Shown here piece after piece: positions 19,221-28,042 of a stretch of DNA of 64,000 nucleotides (its first letter is position 1; every line of letters starts with the position of its first letter). The notes beneath the pieces are model-generated. The model searched no databases. It was not told where the DNA came from and was given only the letters and a program-made list of their open reading frames with translations. Source of the DNA: Poseidonia sp. (GTDB lineage: Archaea; Thermoplasmatota; Poseidoniia; Poseidoniales; Poseidoniaceae); NCBI GenBank assembly GCA_038124565.1, contig JAYPCE010000001.1, forward strand, positions 47,981-111,980, written 5' to 3'. The translations under genes and the position numbers were made by a program.

Positions 19221-19952
19221 ATGATTTTTGGTATTCTTGAATCGTTCAACGACACCCCTCTGCTGCTCTATCTCGCTGTGATCGCCGTCGCATGCGCCGG
19301 CGGTGGAATTCCACCCATGCTCGAGCGCCGCCGACGCCGAGCGATTGAGAATGAATTACCATCGTTCCTCGAATCTCTCTCCGACTCTGTGGGTGCGGGA
19401 CGCGGCCTTCAAGAAGCCATGAAGGAGCAATCGGAGGCCAGTGACAGTCCGCTGGCTTTGTTGCTTCGGGAAACCTTGCGGGAAGGACACGCTTCTTCCT
19501 TTGAAGCCAGTCTTTCCGCCTTTGCAGCCAAAACACGTTCCAGTCAGGTACAGCGCGTCATGATGTTGATTGAAACAGCGCTCCAGCAAGACTCGTCGTT
19601 ACGAGACATCCTAGCTGATTTGAGTCGTGATTACGAACGATTGAACGATTTGATGAACCGCCGTGAGAGCGAACTTTCTGGCCGGGGCATGCTCATTGTC
19701 ATCTTTGTAAGCGTTGGCTTACCAGTCTTGATCGCCTTTATCGTTGGGCTCTTTGCACCAGCGAGCAAGGGCTTTCAAATCGCTTCGTTCAACCAGACCT
19801 TCTCCTTCTTTTTCGCTGCTGCATCGGCTGTGGGTGTAGGCGTTTCAGGCCGAATGATGGGCCGGTTTCGTGACACACTCTGGTGGTTGCCGATGTGGAT
19901 GGCGGTTTCTATGGGGCTGTATCTCGGCGCCGTCAAAGCAGTAGGAGGTTGA
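19221..19952 (+). CDS. type IV filament platform protein, second half-size T2SS-F domain (EpdK/TadC-like)
   Basis: 243 aa with an N-terminal TM, a helical domain (LPSFLESLSDSVGAGRGLQEAMKE) and C-terminal TM helices. It is a paralogous architecture to the preceding gene. Confidence 0.7.
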   Translation: MIFGILESFNDTPLLLYLAVIAVACAGGGIPPMLERRRRRAIENELPSFLESLSDSVGAGRGLQEAMKEQSEASDSPLALLLRETLREGHASSFEASLSAFAAKTRSSQVQRVMMLIETALQQDSSLRDILADLSRDYERLNDLMNRRESELSGRGMLIVIFVSVGLPVLIAFIVGLFAPASKGFQIASFNQTFSFFFAAASAVGVGVSGRMMGRFRDTLWWLPMWMAVSMGLYLGAVKAVGG

Positions 19953-19956
19953 TGTT

Positions 19957-21198
19957 ATGTCAGAACAAATTTTAGAGCAATACGGTCGAGTAACGATTTA
20001 CACAGAATCCAACCACCCTTCACCAATCTATCATGTTGAAGGCGACATCCAAGCCAATCCATACGGAGACTTGGCTGCTCTGTTTGAGGACGACGCGCTT
20101 GAAGAAGTCATGTACAACGGCGGTACTCAATGCGTGAAAGTCGCGCACAGAAACCATGGAATGTGCCGAACCAACATCTGGATTGATGACGATTCAGGCT
20201 TGCAAATCGCCAAAAACATCGCCTCATTCACCAATGTCCCCCTTGGCGATGGGCCTGGACTTGTTCCTATCTTTGATGGACGCCTACCCGATGGGTCTCG
20301 TGTCAACGGAACCATCCCCCCTGTTTCTCCAGACGGTCCAACCTTGACGATTCGTAAATTCAAGGAAGACCCACTCACGATGATTGACCTTGTCAACTTC
20401 GGAACGGTCAACTCACGCCTTGCTGCTATGATGTGGGTGTGGATTGAGGGCTTGGACAGCCGCCCCGCCAACTTCGTCATCGCTGGTGGTACCGGTTCGG
20501 GTAAAACGACCACACTGAATTGTCTCGGCATGTTCATTCCTTGGTCCCGTCGGTTGTTGACAGTGGAAGACACTGCTGAACTTCAGGTCTATCACGACCA
20601 CTGGCTGCGCATGGAAACACGACGAGAGCGCCCCGATGGAACGCCAGAGGTTGACATGAACGATTGCCTCAAATCGAGCCTGCGTATGCGACCTGACCGC
20701 ATCATCGTCGGTGAGGTCAGAGGCCCGGAATGTGCAACCCTCCTTACTGCCATGAACACAGGTCACGACGGTTCGTTTGGTTCGCTGCACGCCAACACTG
20801 CGCAGGAAACCGTGACTCGAATGATCAATCCTCCCATGAACGTTCCACCCATCATGCTCAGCGGCCTTGATTTGATCATCATTCAAGCTAGATTGCACGT
20901 CAACGGCAAGACCGCTCGCAAAATCACAGAGGTTGCAGAGGTAGCGGGCATGGAAGGTGATAAGCCGCGACTGAACGCCATTTGGAAATACAATGCTGCG
21001 ACTGACCGAATTGAAGAAACAGGCATTCCTTCAAAACTTCGTGAGACCATTTGCAGTGCAGCAGGTGTGACGCCTGATGTCTTCGAACGCCACGTTGCTC
21101 AGCGTCAGGCCATTATTGAGGACCTTTGTTCACGGGGTATCTCGGACATTCAGACCGTCACATCCGTTATCCAGAACTTCTATGCCCAACAGCATTGA
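19957..21198 (+). CDS. type II/IV secretion-family ATPase (FlaI/TadA/CpaF/EpdL-like)
   Basis: 413 aa with Walker A VIAGGTGSGKTTTLN, Walker B/Asp box RIIVGEVRGPE and His box GHDGSFGSLHAN. GGAGGT lies upstream of the ATG. Confidence 0.9.
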   Translation: MSEQILEQYGRVTIYTESNHPSPIYHVEGDIQANPYGDLAALFEDDALEEVMYNGGTQCVKVAHRNHGMCRTNIWIDDDSGLQIAKNIASFTNVPLGDGPGLVPIFDGRLPDGSRVNGTIPPVSPDGPTLTIRKFKEDPLTMIDLVNFGTVNSRLAAMMWVWIEGLDSRPANFVIAGGTGSGKTTTLNCLGMFIPWSRRLLTVEDTAELQVYHDHWLRMETRRERPDGTPEVDMNDCLKSSLRMRPDRIIVGEVRGPECATLLTAMNTGHDGSFGSLHANTAQETVTRMINPPMNVPPIMLSGLDLIIIQARLHVNGKTARKITEVAEVAGMEGDKPRLNAIWKYNAATDRIEETGIPSKLRETICSAAGVTPDVFERHVAQRQAIIEDLCSRGISDIQTVTSVIQNFYAQQH

Positions 21199-21226
21199 GG
21201 TTGAAAAGATATTGAGTGAACCAATC

Positions 21227-22957
21227 TTACCCGTTGAGACGGTTAAGCAATTCATCAATGCGGTCAATTTTACCCCGAACGCGAGAGATGTTGCTTGATG
21301 CATCGGCAACTGATTCAGCGATTTCGCTTTCCTTTTCTTGAATGACCGTTGGTTGTGGCTTGAAACTTGATGCCAGCGCCTTCAATTCTGTCACGATGGC
21401 GTCCACTTCTGTTTCTGTCACGAGGACACCTGGGGCGATTCTTGGGATATCGCTTGGTGAAAGATACCCAAGTTCAGCACCCAAAATTCCAGCACACGCG
21501 AGGATGCGCGGGCGTAAATTGCTGGTGTTGACCTCATAGCCTTTGGATTCTAAGAATCGGATTACTAAGGCCTGCTGAGCATCTCCAAAGCCGTCCTCGT
21601 CGGTCTCAAGCACAGTTTGTACCAATTCTTCAAAGGCAGCAATGTTTCGCTCAAGACGGTCTATCGTCATACGTTCTCGTTCGAGCATGTGGACAGAGCC
21701 GCGGTGGAGGATGCGCATCATTCGCTGCCTTCGCTGAACGACAGGGTCGTGAAGTGCCTGTGTTTCGGCAATCTCCACATGGAGGTCAAATAAGGCGTGA
21801 AGGCGACCCGATACACTCGGGACGCGGAGGTCAAGCCCCATGACTCGCCCTTCTTCTTCAAACGCCATCCTTGCCTTGATAGGGTCGCCTTTGTGGAGTG
21901 CAAGAATGTTCTCTAATCGGTCGCGGAGGCCGCTGCGAACTTCCTCAAATCGTCGTAGAGCTTCTCGTTCTCCCCAAGATTGAGGCATCGCGGTCGCCGC
22001 CGCGGATTCGTTTTGGATTTGATAATCAAGTTCCATGATGATGTTCGCTACCGTTTGGTGGACGGGGGCATGGTCGGTTGCAAAGCCTTGATGGCGTAGT
22101 GAGTCAATGAAGGCGTTCATATCATCTTGGTTGGTCGTTGAACTGACCATCAAGAAATCGCGTGCAAAGGCTTTGACCTCGGCCATTCGTTCGTTCAACT
22201 CAATTAAGGCTGTTTCAATCTCAAGGCTGTGGACTTCTTGGTCAACGTGTTGAATCATGGGTGGGGGTTGCACATGCATCCCAGGCTCAGGCAGTGGCTG
22301 TTTTGACTCCCATGCAGATGGGGCAAGAAGGTCAGGTTCAGACCGGCCTGAATGCAGTTCATTTACCTCGTCCATGCCCCAATCGTCATTCTGTTCATCT
22401 CCAACTGATGAAACGTAGGTTGCATGCGGAGCAGCGGCAGTACTGGCTGAACTTATCGGCTGAGCCACTGAGGGAATGATGAGTTTATCCTTTGGTCGGC
22501 GCAGGCTCTTTTTCACCTTCCCCCAAGCGTTTTCCTGTGATGCAAGCACACCAGCGACGCGTGCTAGGAGGCTTTGCTTATTGCCTGAAAGTGGGAGTTC
22601 GAGGTCCTTACACAAGGCGTGCAGGTCTTCTCTGGTCATGTCATCAAGTGTCTCAACCGTCAATGATTTTGGGTCGTGGTTGAGGTGGAGGAAGAGCCGT
22701 TGCCTGCGGGCTTTGATGGAACCGGATTTCTTGATGCCAAACAATCCAAGAAGTTCTCCCAAGTCGTTGTTTGAAATGGATTTCATGCCGCTGGGTGAAA
22801 GGTCCCACTCATCCAGAACCAACTCTCGGATGAGTCGGGAGCGAAGTGATTCAACCGGGCCAGTTTTGGCCAGATTGTGTTCGCCGGCCAACTCCTTGAG
22901 GTCCTCAAATCGGGCTTGATAGAGTTCGGCCAACAGGGCTGACTTGTCCATGTTCAC
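21227..22957 (-). CDS. protein with three N-terminal SAP/HeH-like motifs and a long helical C-terminal region; function unknown
   Basis: 576 aa. The three motifs are LKELAGEHNLAKTGPVESLRSRLI, LGELLGLFGIKKSGSIKARRQRLF and LHALCKDLELPLSGNKQSLLARV, each matching the SAP helix-extension-helix pattern (L..L....gL...G.k..L..RL). The remainder has no recognised motif. Confidence 0.6.
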   Translation of the reverse strand: MNMDKSALLAELYQARFEDLKELAGEHNLAKTGPVESLRSRLIRELVLDEWDLSPSGMKSISNNDLGELLGLFGIKKSGSIKARRQRLFLHLNHDPKSLTVETLDDMTREDLHALCKDLELPLSGNKQSLLARVAGVLASQENAWGKVKKSLRRPKDKLIIPSVAQPISSASTAAAPHATYVSSVGDEQNDDWGMDEVNELHSGRSEPDLLAPSAWESKQPLPEPGMHVQPPPMIQHVDQEVHSLEIETALIELNERMAEVKAFARDFLMVSSTTNQDDMNAFIDSLRHQGFATDHAPVHQTVANIIMELDYQIQNESAAATAMPQSWGEREALRRFEEVRSGLRDRLENILALHKGDPIKARMAFEEEGRVMGLDLRVPSVSGRLHALFDLHVEIAETQALHDPVVQRRQRMMRILHRGSVHMLERERMTIDRLERNIAAFEELVQTVLETDEDGFGDAQQALVIRFLESKGYEVNTSNLRPRILACAGILGAELGYLSPSDIPRIAPGVLVTETEVDAIVTELKALASSFKPQPTVIQEKESEIAESVADASSNISRVRGKIDRIDELLNRLNG

Positions 22958-23060
22958 CTCACCTTGAGGACTTTTGCTGCATTCAAAGCATATAGGTCTT
23001 CGCTGTCATATGATGGCGAAGAGGCCTGTTCTCGCCCTCTTCGAATGAAGCCGCATGGCC

Positions 23061-24167
23061 TTATTCATCGTGTAAAAACAGCATACGGGGGCTTGGCTCA
23101 TTGAAGGAAGGGGGCATCCCTGGGATGTTTCGTTTTGATCCTTCATGGTCGGTTGTCATGATGGTAACCAACTCCATGAATTCACGAAGCAACGTCACCA
23201 TAGCCGTATGGCTTTGTTCGGGCAAGACAATTCGTTCACAGGCGGCCGTGACCGTTCCAGTTGGGTTGAGGGTTTCAATCAGGAATTCAACTCTTGGACC
23301 GCTTTGAAAGACGCCTTTCTTCTTGTTTGGGTCTACCAACGATGTGAGCAGGGTTTCATCGCCTTCTTCTTTCGCCTTTTTGATGAAGGTCGCTACCTTT
23401 CGTTGCTCTACATAAACGCCTGTAATGTTGTGAACTGATGGGTCTAAACTCTCAAGGATTGCAGCCTCGAGTCTATAGGCCAATTCTGCGCTTCCATCAA
23501 GCATATCTCTCACACTCATTTTTGGGAACCCTGCCCGGGCCACCAAGAGCGTAAAGCCATGCAGTGGTGGTGGAATGAATCGCTCACGCTGGCTCTCTGA
23601 CTGGTCACGCTGCAGACCCAATGTGTGCCGCCGATTTTTCATTCGGTGACCAGCATGGATAGCGCGCGGTGCAATGAAACCATCGATCTTTCCTTGCGTG
23701 ACCATGGCATCAAACCAAGACCATCGGTCGTCTTCATCCAAGGTGTGAAACTCATTTTCAGCCTTCAAATAGTGCAACGTCTCTTCTTCGGAGAGGAGGA
23801 TGAGGTCGGAACGCATACGCAGCATTTGCCTTCGCAGCAATTCATGGTCGCACATCACGACGGCCCCTTGTTTGAGATATTCGGGCTTGTCTTCAGCGAC
23901 CAACACCCAGGTTGGTTCTTTACGCGAGAGCAGACCGACAATTTCCAAACCCTGTACATCGTGGTTTCGCCAGTCAAAAGCACTCATGGCCAAAAGGTCT
24001 CCCAAACCATCGCGGAGCGCCTCCAATGCCGTTTGCATGTGAGGCAGTTGCTTGAGTCGAAGGTCCCTATGTTTCCCGTGGGTCTCCACGGCTCGCTCGA
24101 TGTGGAGACGAACGCCGTCATCCCGAGATGGAGTGGTGAGAACCACAAGACGCTCACCCGTTTCCAT
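23061..24167 (-). CDS. porphobilinogen-deaminase (HemC)-like fold protein, probably non-catalytic (tentative)
   Basis: It is colinear with HemC blocks. GDLLAMSAFDW resembles DIAVHSLKDVP. GAVVMCDHELLRRQMLRMRSDL resembles G..VGTSSLRR.aQL...RPDL. GKIDGFIAPRAIHAGHRM resembles GeyDAiiLA.AGL.RLG. PPPLHGFTLLVAR resembles lPAvGQGal.ie.R. ATG at 24167 is preferred because GAGGTGA lies 4 nt upstream. Confidence 0.35.
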   Translation of the reverse strand: METGERLVVLTTPSRDDGVRLHIERAVETHGKHRDLRLKQLPHMQTALEALRDGLGDLLAMSAFDWRNHDVQGLEIVGLLSRKEPTWVLVAEDKPEYLKQGAVVMCDHELLRRQMLRMRSDLILLSEEETLHYLKAENEFHTLDEDDRWSWFDAMVTQGKIDGFIAPRAIHAGHRMKNRRHTLGLQRDQSESQRERFIPPPLHGFTLLVARAGFPKMSVRDMLDGSAELAYRLEAAILESLDPSVHNITGVYVEQRKVATFIKKAKEEGDETLLTSLVDPNKKKGVFQSGPRVEFLIETLNPTGTVTAACERIVLPEQSHTAMVTLLREFMELVTIMTTDHEGSKRNIPGMPPSFNEPSPRMLFLHDE

Positions 24168-24248
24168 GCATTCACCTCGGTGAGGGTCGCCCCCCACGGG
24201 TCATGGGCGTTGACGACCGGTTAAGAAGCCCTCCGTTGTGGGGGGTAT

Positions 24249-25232
24249 GTGCACAGCGATGTTGAGAGCCTGAATTCTGCGCTTCAAACGATGCGCGAAG
24301 AGGTCAACACAGCGCTTGAGCACCTCATTGAATCGGAATTAGAAATGGGTGCTGGCGAGGTGGCGCTGGAGGCAGGGCGTGTCCTCAATGCAGGTGGAAA
24401 ACGACTTCGCCCGCTCTTGTTTTTGCTCGCCTATCGGCTGGCCGGCGGGACCCGCCAAGAAGACGTGATGCCCCTTGCTTTAGCGTTTGAATTGATTCAC
24501 ACCGCCACCTTGGTTCATGACGACATCAACGATGATGCTCAACAGCGGCGAGGCATTCCCACCATTCATGCACAAGCGGGTCAAGCAAAAGCCGTCATCG
24601 CTGGAGATTGGTTGTTCGTCCAAGGTTTTGGGCTCGGTGGCCGATACAGTGAACAAATCGTCACGATCATTGCACGCTGTTGCGCAGACATTGCGGTTTC
24701 GGAATTCCACCAACTCGACCATGTGCTGAATTTGGCGACCTCTCCTGAAGACTACCTCTCCATCGTGAAAGGCAAAACAGCCGGACCGTTTGCTGCCGGT
24801 TGCTACAGTGCAGGATTGGTGGCTGGGCTCTGTGAAGAACAAGCACAAATCCTGCAACGATTTGGTATGGAATTGGGTATTGCCTTCCAACTTGTCGATG
24901 ATTTGTTGGACCTTCGGGGCGATGAGAGGATGGGAAAGCCGAGGGGAGCAGATGTTTACGAAGGCAAAATGACCCTGCCCCTCATTCATGCCCTAACCCT
25001 TTCACATGGACATCACAGAGACCGACTTTCTGCCCTCATCGAGCATTTTAGCGATGATGATTTTGATGAATTGATGACCCTCTTGAATCGGTCAAGTAGC
25101 CTGCAGTATGCCGAAATCTTGGTTCGTACGCATTTGGAACGTGCCCAGGCTGCGTTGGATGAATTCCCCGATAGCGAGGCCAAAGCAATGATGATGCACA
25201 TCACCAATTTTGTCAAAGAACGACACGCCTGA
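24249..25232 (+). CDS. idsA: polyprenyl (geranylgeranyl) diphosphate synthase
   Basis: 327 aa with the first Asp-rich motif LVHDDINDD and the second FQLVDDLLD, plus RLRPLL and GKTAGPF family blocks. Confidence 0.9.
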   Translation: MHSDVESLNSALQTMREEVNTALEHLIESELEMGAGEVALEAGRVLNAGGKRLRPLLFLLAYRLAGGTRQEDVMPLALAFELIHTATLVHDDINDDAQQRRGIPTIHAQAGQAKAVIAGDWLFVQGFGLGGRYSEQIVTIIARCCADIAVSEFHQLDHVLNLATSPEDYLSIVKGKTAGPFAAGCYSAGLVAGLCEEQAQILQRFGMELGIAFQLVDDLLDLRGDERMGKPRGADVYEGKMTLPLIHALTLSHGHHRDRLSALIEHFSDDDFDELMTLLNRSSSLQYAEILVRTHLERAQAALDEFPDSEAKAMMMHITNFVKERHA

Positions 25233-25241
25233 GGTGGTTCA

Positions 25242-26387
25242 GTGTCCGTAAAAGAGGTTCAGCACCGAACGGTGATTGTGGTGGGGGCGGGCCCTGCAGG
25301 CAGCGCCGCTGCACAACGATTGGCCGAGGAAGGCATCGATGTGCTCGTTTTGGAACGGCGTGCTGTCGTTGGAAACCCTGCTCAGTGTGGGGAGTGCATC
25401 CCCAATTGGGGTGAAGTGGCAGGGACATTCCGGCATCTCGATGACCACGAATGGCTCAAAACCTACTTTGATTTTCCTGAGCGGCTTCGCCTCCATCGAT
25501 TGGACAACATGCGCGTGTTTCTCCCATCGGGTAAGTCCTTTGATTTTGAACTGGATGCGTTTGCCGGGCATCGGCTTCAATTTGATGGCTACCTCGCCGA
25601 CAAAGCGGTTCGAGCCGGTGCAGAAATCTTGACCTCAACGCCCCTCAAACGTTTGCAACGGCAACGAAAAGCCAACCGTGAACTTTTGGTAACCAGCGAA
25701 GGTCGTTTTTCTTGCGACTACCTCATTGACGCCTCAGGCAGTTTGGCTCAGGTCGGTCGTCTACGTCATGGTCAAGACCCAGAGGTACGGCCAGCAGACC
25801 AAGTACCAACCATTTATGCCCAGGTCAAGGGAGATGTTCCTGAGACCTTCGATGTGTTCCTTGGCTCGGTAGCACCTTCTGGATATGCTTGGATTATTCC
25901 AAAAGGCAAAGGATTCGCCAATGTCGGTTTGGGAGTCCGTGCCGGTAAGCTGCAAGGCTCTTTGAAAGACCATTTGGAACAGTTTTGCAAGGATTTGAAC
26001 TTTGAAATCCTCTCGGTAGGAGGCGGCTGGATCCCAATGGGAGGCCCAGTCAAACGCATGGTGGATGGCACGACCTTGGCAGTAGGTGATGCTGCAGGCT
26101 TGGTCATGCCGAGCAACGGAGGTGGTATCAGCCAAGCCATCATCTCAGGTTGTTTTGCTGCGGAAGCCATCGTTGACAACCTCCACAATGGTACACCGCT
26201 TACTTCCTACGAGGAGAAAGTACGAGCATCAATGGGACCCGCCCTCAAAAATTCATTGCGAAGCAAAAACCTAGGCTATGCCTTCTTCAGAGGCGATGTG
26301 CTAACCGAATTGATTCTTCGTTGCCTCGGCCCCATCGGAGGCATCAAACGTGCGATGGAATGCGACCGCCCGTTGTGGGTGTTGTAA
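25242..26387 (+). CDS. geranylgeranyl reductase family flavoprotein
   Basis: 381 aa with the FAD-binding VIVVGAGPAGSAAAQRLAEEGIDVLVLER, then CGECIP and LAVGDAAGLVMPSNGGGI. Starts 9 nt after the GGPP synthase gene. Confidence 0.88.
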   Translation: MSVKEVQHRTVIVVGAGPAGSAAAQRLAEEGIDVLVLERRAVVGNPAQCGECIPNWGEVAGTFRHLDDHEWLKTYFDFPERLRLHRLDNMRVFLPSGKSFDFELDAFAGHRLQFDGYLADKAVRAGAEILTSTPLKRLQRQRKANRELLVTSEGRFSCDYLIDASGSLAQVGRLRHGQDPEVRPADQVPTIYAQVKGDVPETFDVFLGSVAPSGYAWIIPKGKGFANVGLGVRAGKLQGSLKDHLEQFCKDLNFEILSVGGGWIPMGGPVKRMVDGTTLAVGDAAGLVMPSNGGGISQAIISGCFAAEAIVDNLHNGTPLTSYEEKVRASMGPALKNSLRSKNLGYAFFRGDVLTELILRCLGPIGGIKRAMECDRPLWVL

Positions 26388-26468
26388 CACACAAGCCGAG
26401 CACGCAACGTGCTGAATGCTGCTCTTGCTCATCGGTTGGTTCAAGTGATTTGACGGCCACGACATACC

Positions 26469-26960
26469 ATGCGAGGTACAATCCGCAGGGACGAAGACGC
26501 TGTCAGTCCTGTGATTGCGACCGTGCTTCTGTTGGCCATCACCGTCATGTTGTCCAGCATGGTGTTCGTGCTTATGCAAGGGGCGCTCACCACCGTTGAA
26601 AAAGCAGCCCCACAAGCGACTGTGAGTGTTCGGGCACTGGACAACGGCTTTCACGTTGTTCGAATTACCAGTCTTGACCAGTCCATTGACCCTGCTCGTT
26701 TGGAATACACCTTGCAACCGATGAACCTCACGGCTTCGTTGCCCATTGCAGGACATGTTTCTGATGCAACCGTGTACGGCGTGATTGGTTCCAATGTGTC
26801 GTTTCATGACCGGGACGCAGGGTACTCTGTCACACAAGGAGATTACTTCGTCATCGATTCGCAAACCATCGGTTCAACAGATGGAACATGGCGCTTCAAA
26901 TTGGTTGAGGAATCTGTGGGTGTGTTGTTGATCGATGTCACGCTTCCAGCCATGCGTTGA
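26469..26960 (+). CDS. archaeal type IV pilin-like protein (class III signal peptide, DUF1628-type N-terminus)
   Basis: 163 aa. MRGTIRRDEDAVSPVIATVLLLAITVMLSSMVFVLM matches the archaeal pilin/flagellin-like N-terminal pattern (charged leader, then AVSPVI + hydrophobic helix). Confidence 0.65.
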   Translation: MRGTIRRDEDAVSPVIATVLLLAITVMLSSMVFVLMQGALTTVEKAAPQATVSVRALDNGFHVVRITSLDQSIDPARLEYTLQPMNLTASLPIAGHVSDATVYGVIGSNVSFHDRDAGYSVTQGDYFVIDSQTIGSTDGTWRFKLVEESVGVLLIDVTLPAMR

Positions 26961-26962
26961 AA

Positions 26963-27970
26963 TCAACCGCCAATAAAGGACATCTCAACCTTGGATTGAG
27001 GGTTCTTTTGCCCCTTACGCTCAACTGAATACTGGTCGTCCCGTTGTTCCCAAATGCTCGAGATGGCTGTTTTGATGTCGCCTTGGCTCGCCCCCATACG
27101 AATCAAGCCGCGGACATCGTGACCTTCCGATGCAAATAAGCAAGTGTAGAGCGAACCATGGGCAGAGAGTCGTGCCCTTGAACAGTCTCCACAGAATGGT
27201 TCGGTGACGGAATTAATGAAACCAAATTCTTGTCCCTCTGTTGTCTGGTATCGACGAGCAACTTCGTGGATGCCCTGTCCCTTGTGCGGTTGTAGCGTAC
27301 CAAACTCTTGTTCCAGCATGCCCCGAAGTTCGCGTCCGCTGACGACCTCGTCAAGTTGCCAAGCGTTGGTATTTCCAACATCCATGAATTCAACAAATCG
27401 CAACGGTATCTGGCGTTGTGCACAGGTATACGCTAGATTGAGCACCTGATGTTCGTTGATGTTCTTGCGTACAACCGTATTGACCTTCACCTTCAAGCCC
27501 GCTTGAAGTGCTGTATCAATGCCCTTGAGTACATCGTTGGGCGTGAATTGGGTGGTGTCGGCCATCTCAGCAAACACATCTGGGTCCAATGCATCAAGAC
27601 TTACCGTAACTCGGTTGAGTCCTGCTTCGGCCAGCGACTGAGCATGATGTGCAAGCAAGGCACCGTTGGTGGTCAAGGCAAGGTCCAGTTGAGGGTCCAA
27701 GGAACGCAGCATCGCCACCAATTCAACCACATCGGCCCGTAACAGCGGCTCTCCACCCGTAAGCCTCACTTTTTGGAGTCCAACAGACCGAAGCGATTCC
27801 ACAACAAGGACAATTTCCTCGTAGGTCAACAACGCTGACCGTGGAAGAAAAGCATGGTCTTTTCCAAAGTGTTCCCGGGGCATGCAGTAAGTGCAGCGGA
27901 AGTTGCACCGGTCGGTAACCGAAATTCGGAGGTCTTTGAGTGGACGTGAGCGACGGTCCACGAGCGTCAT
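26963..27970 (-). CDS. moaA: GTP 3',8-cyclase (molybdenum cofactor biosynthesis protein A)
   Basis: Radical-SAM motif CNFRCTYCMP and C-terminal cluster CGDCSRARLSAHGSLYTCLF. The start is set at ATG 27970 (MTLVDRRSRPLKDLRISV). The track ORF extends to 28117, which would overlap aroA. Confidence 0.9.
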   Translation of the reverse strand: MTLVDRRSRPLKDLRISVTDRCNFRCTYCMPREHFGKDHAFLPRSALLTYEEIVLVVESLRSVGLQKVRLTGGEPLLRADVVELVAMLRSLDPQLDLALTTNGALLAHHAQSLAEAGLNRVTVSLDALDPDVFAEMADTTQFTPNDVLKGIDTALQAGLKVKVNTVVRKNINEHQVLNLAYTCAQRQIPLRFVEFMDVGNTNAWQLDEVVSGRELRGMLEQEFGTLQPHKGQGIHEVARRYQTTEGQEFGFINSVTEPFCGDCSRARLSAHGSLYTCLFASEGHDVRGLIRMGASQGDIKTAISSIWEQRDDQYSVERKGQKNPQSKVEMSFIGG

Positions 27971-28042
27971 GAAATGACGACGGTCCACTGGTTCTTGAAG
28001 GTATAAGCAAGGGTTCTTGGCTGGAACCGAGCACCTTGAATC

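Noticed and set aside
22958-23060. Possible hairpin (cgaagagg...cctcttcg) in the spacer between the HemC-like and SAP-motif genes, considered as a terminator.
   Set aside because: It is only an 8-bp stem with an 11-nt loop and has no adjacent oligo-T tract. Archaeal termination does not require hairpins, so the evidence is insufficient.
26301-26864. 187-aa minus-strand ORF.
   Set aside because: It is antisense to the end of the geranylgeranyl reductase gene and to the pilin-like gene. It has no motif and a His/Cys/Arg-rich shadow-frame composition.
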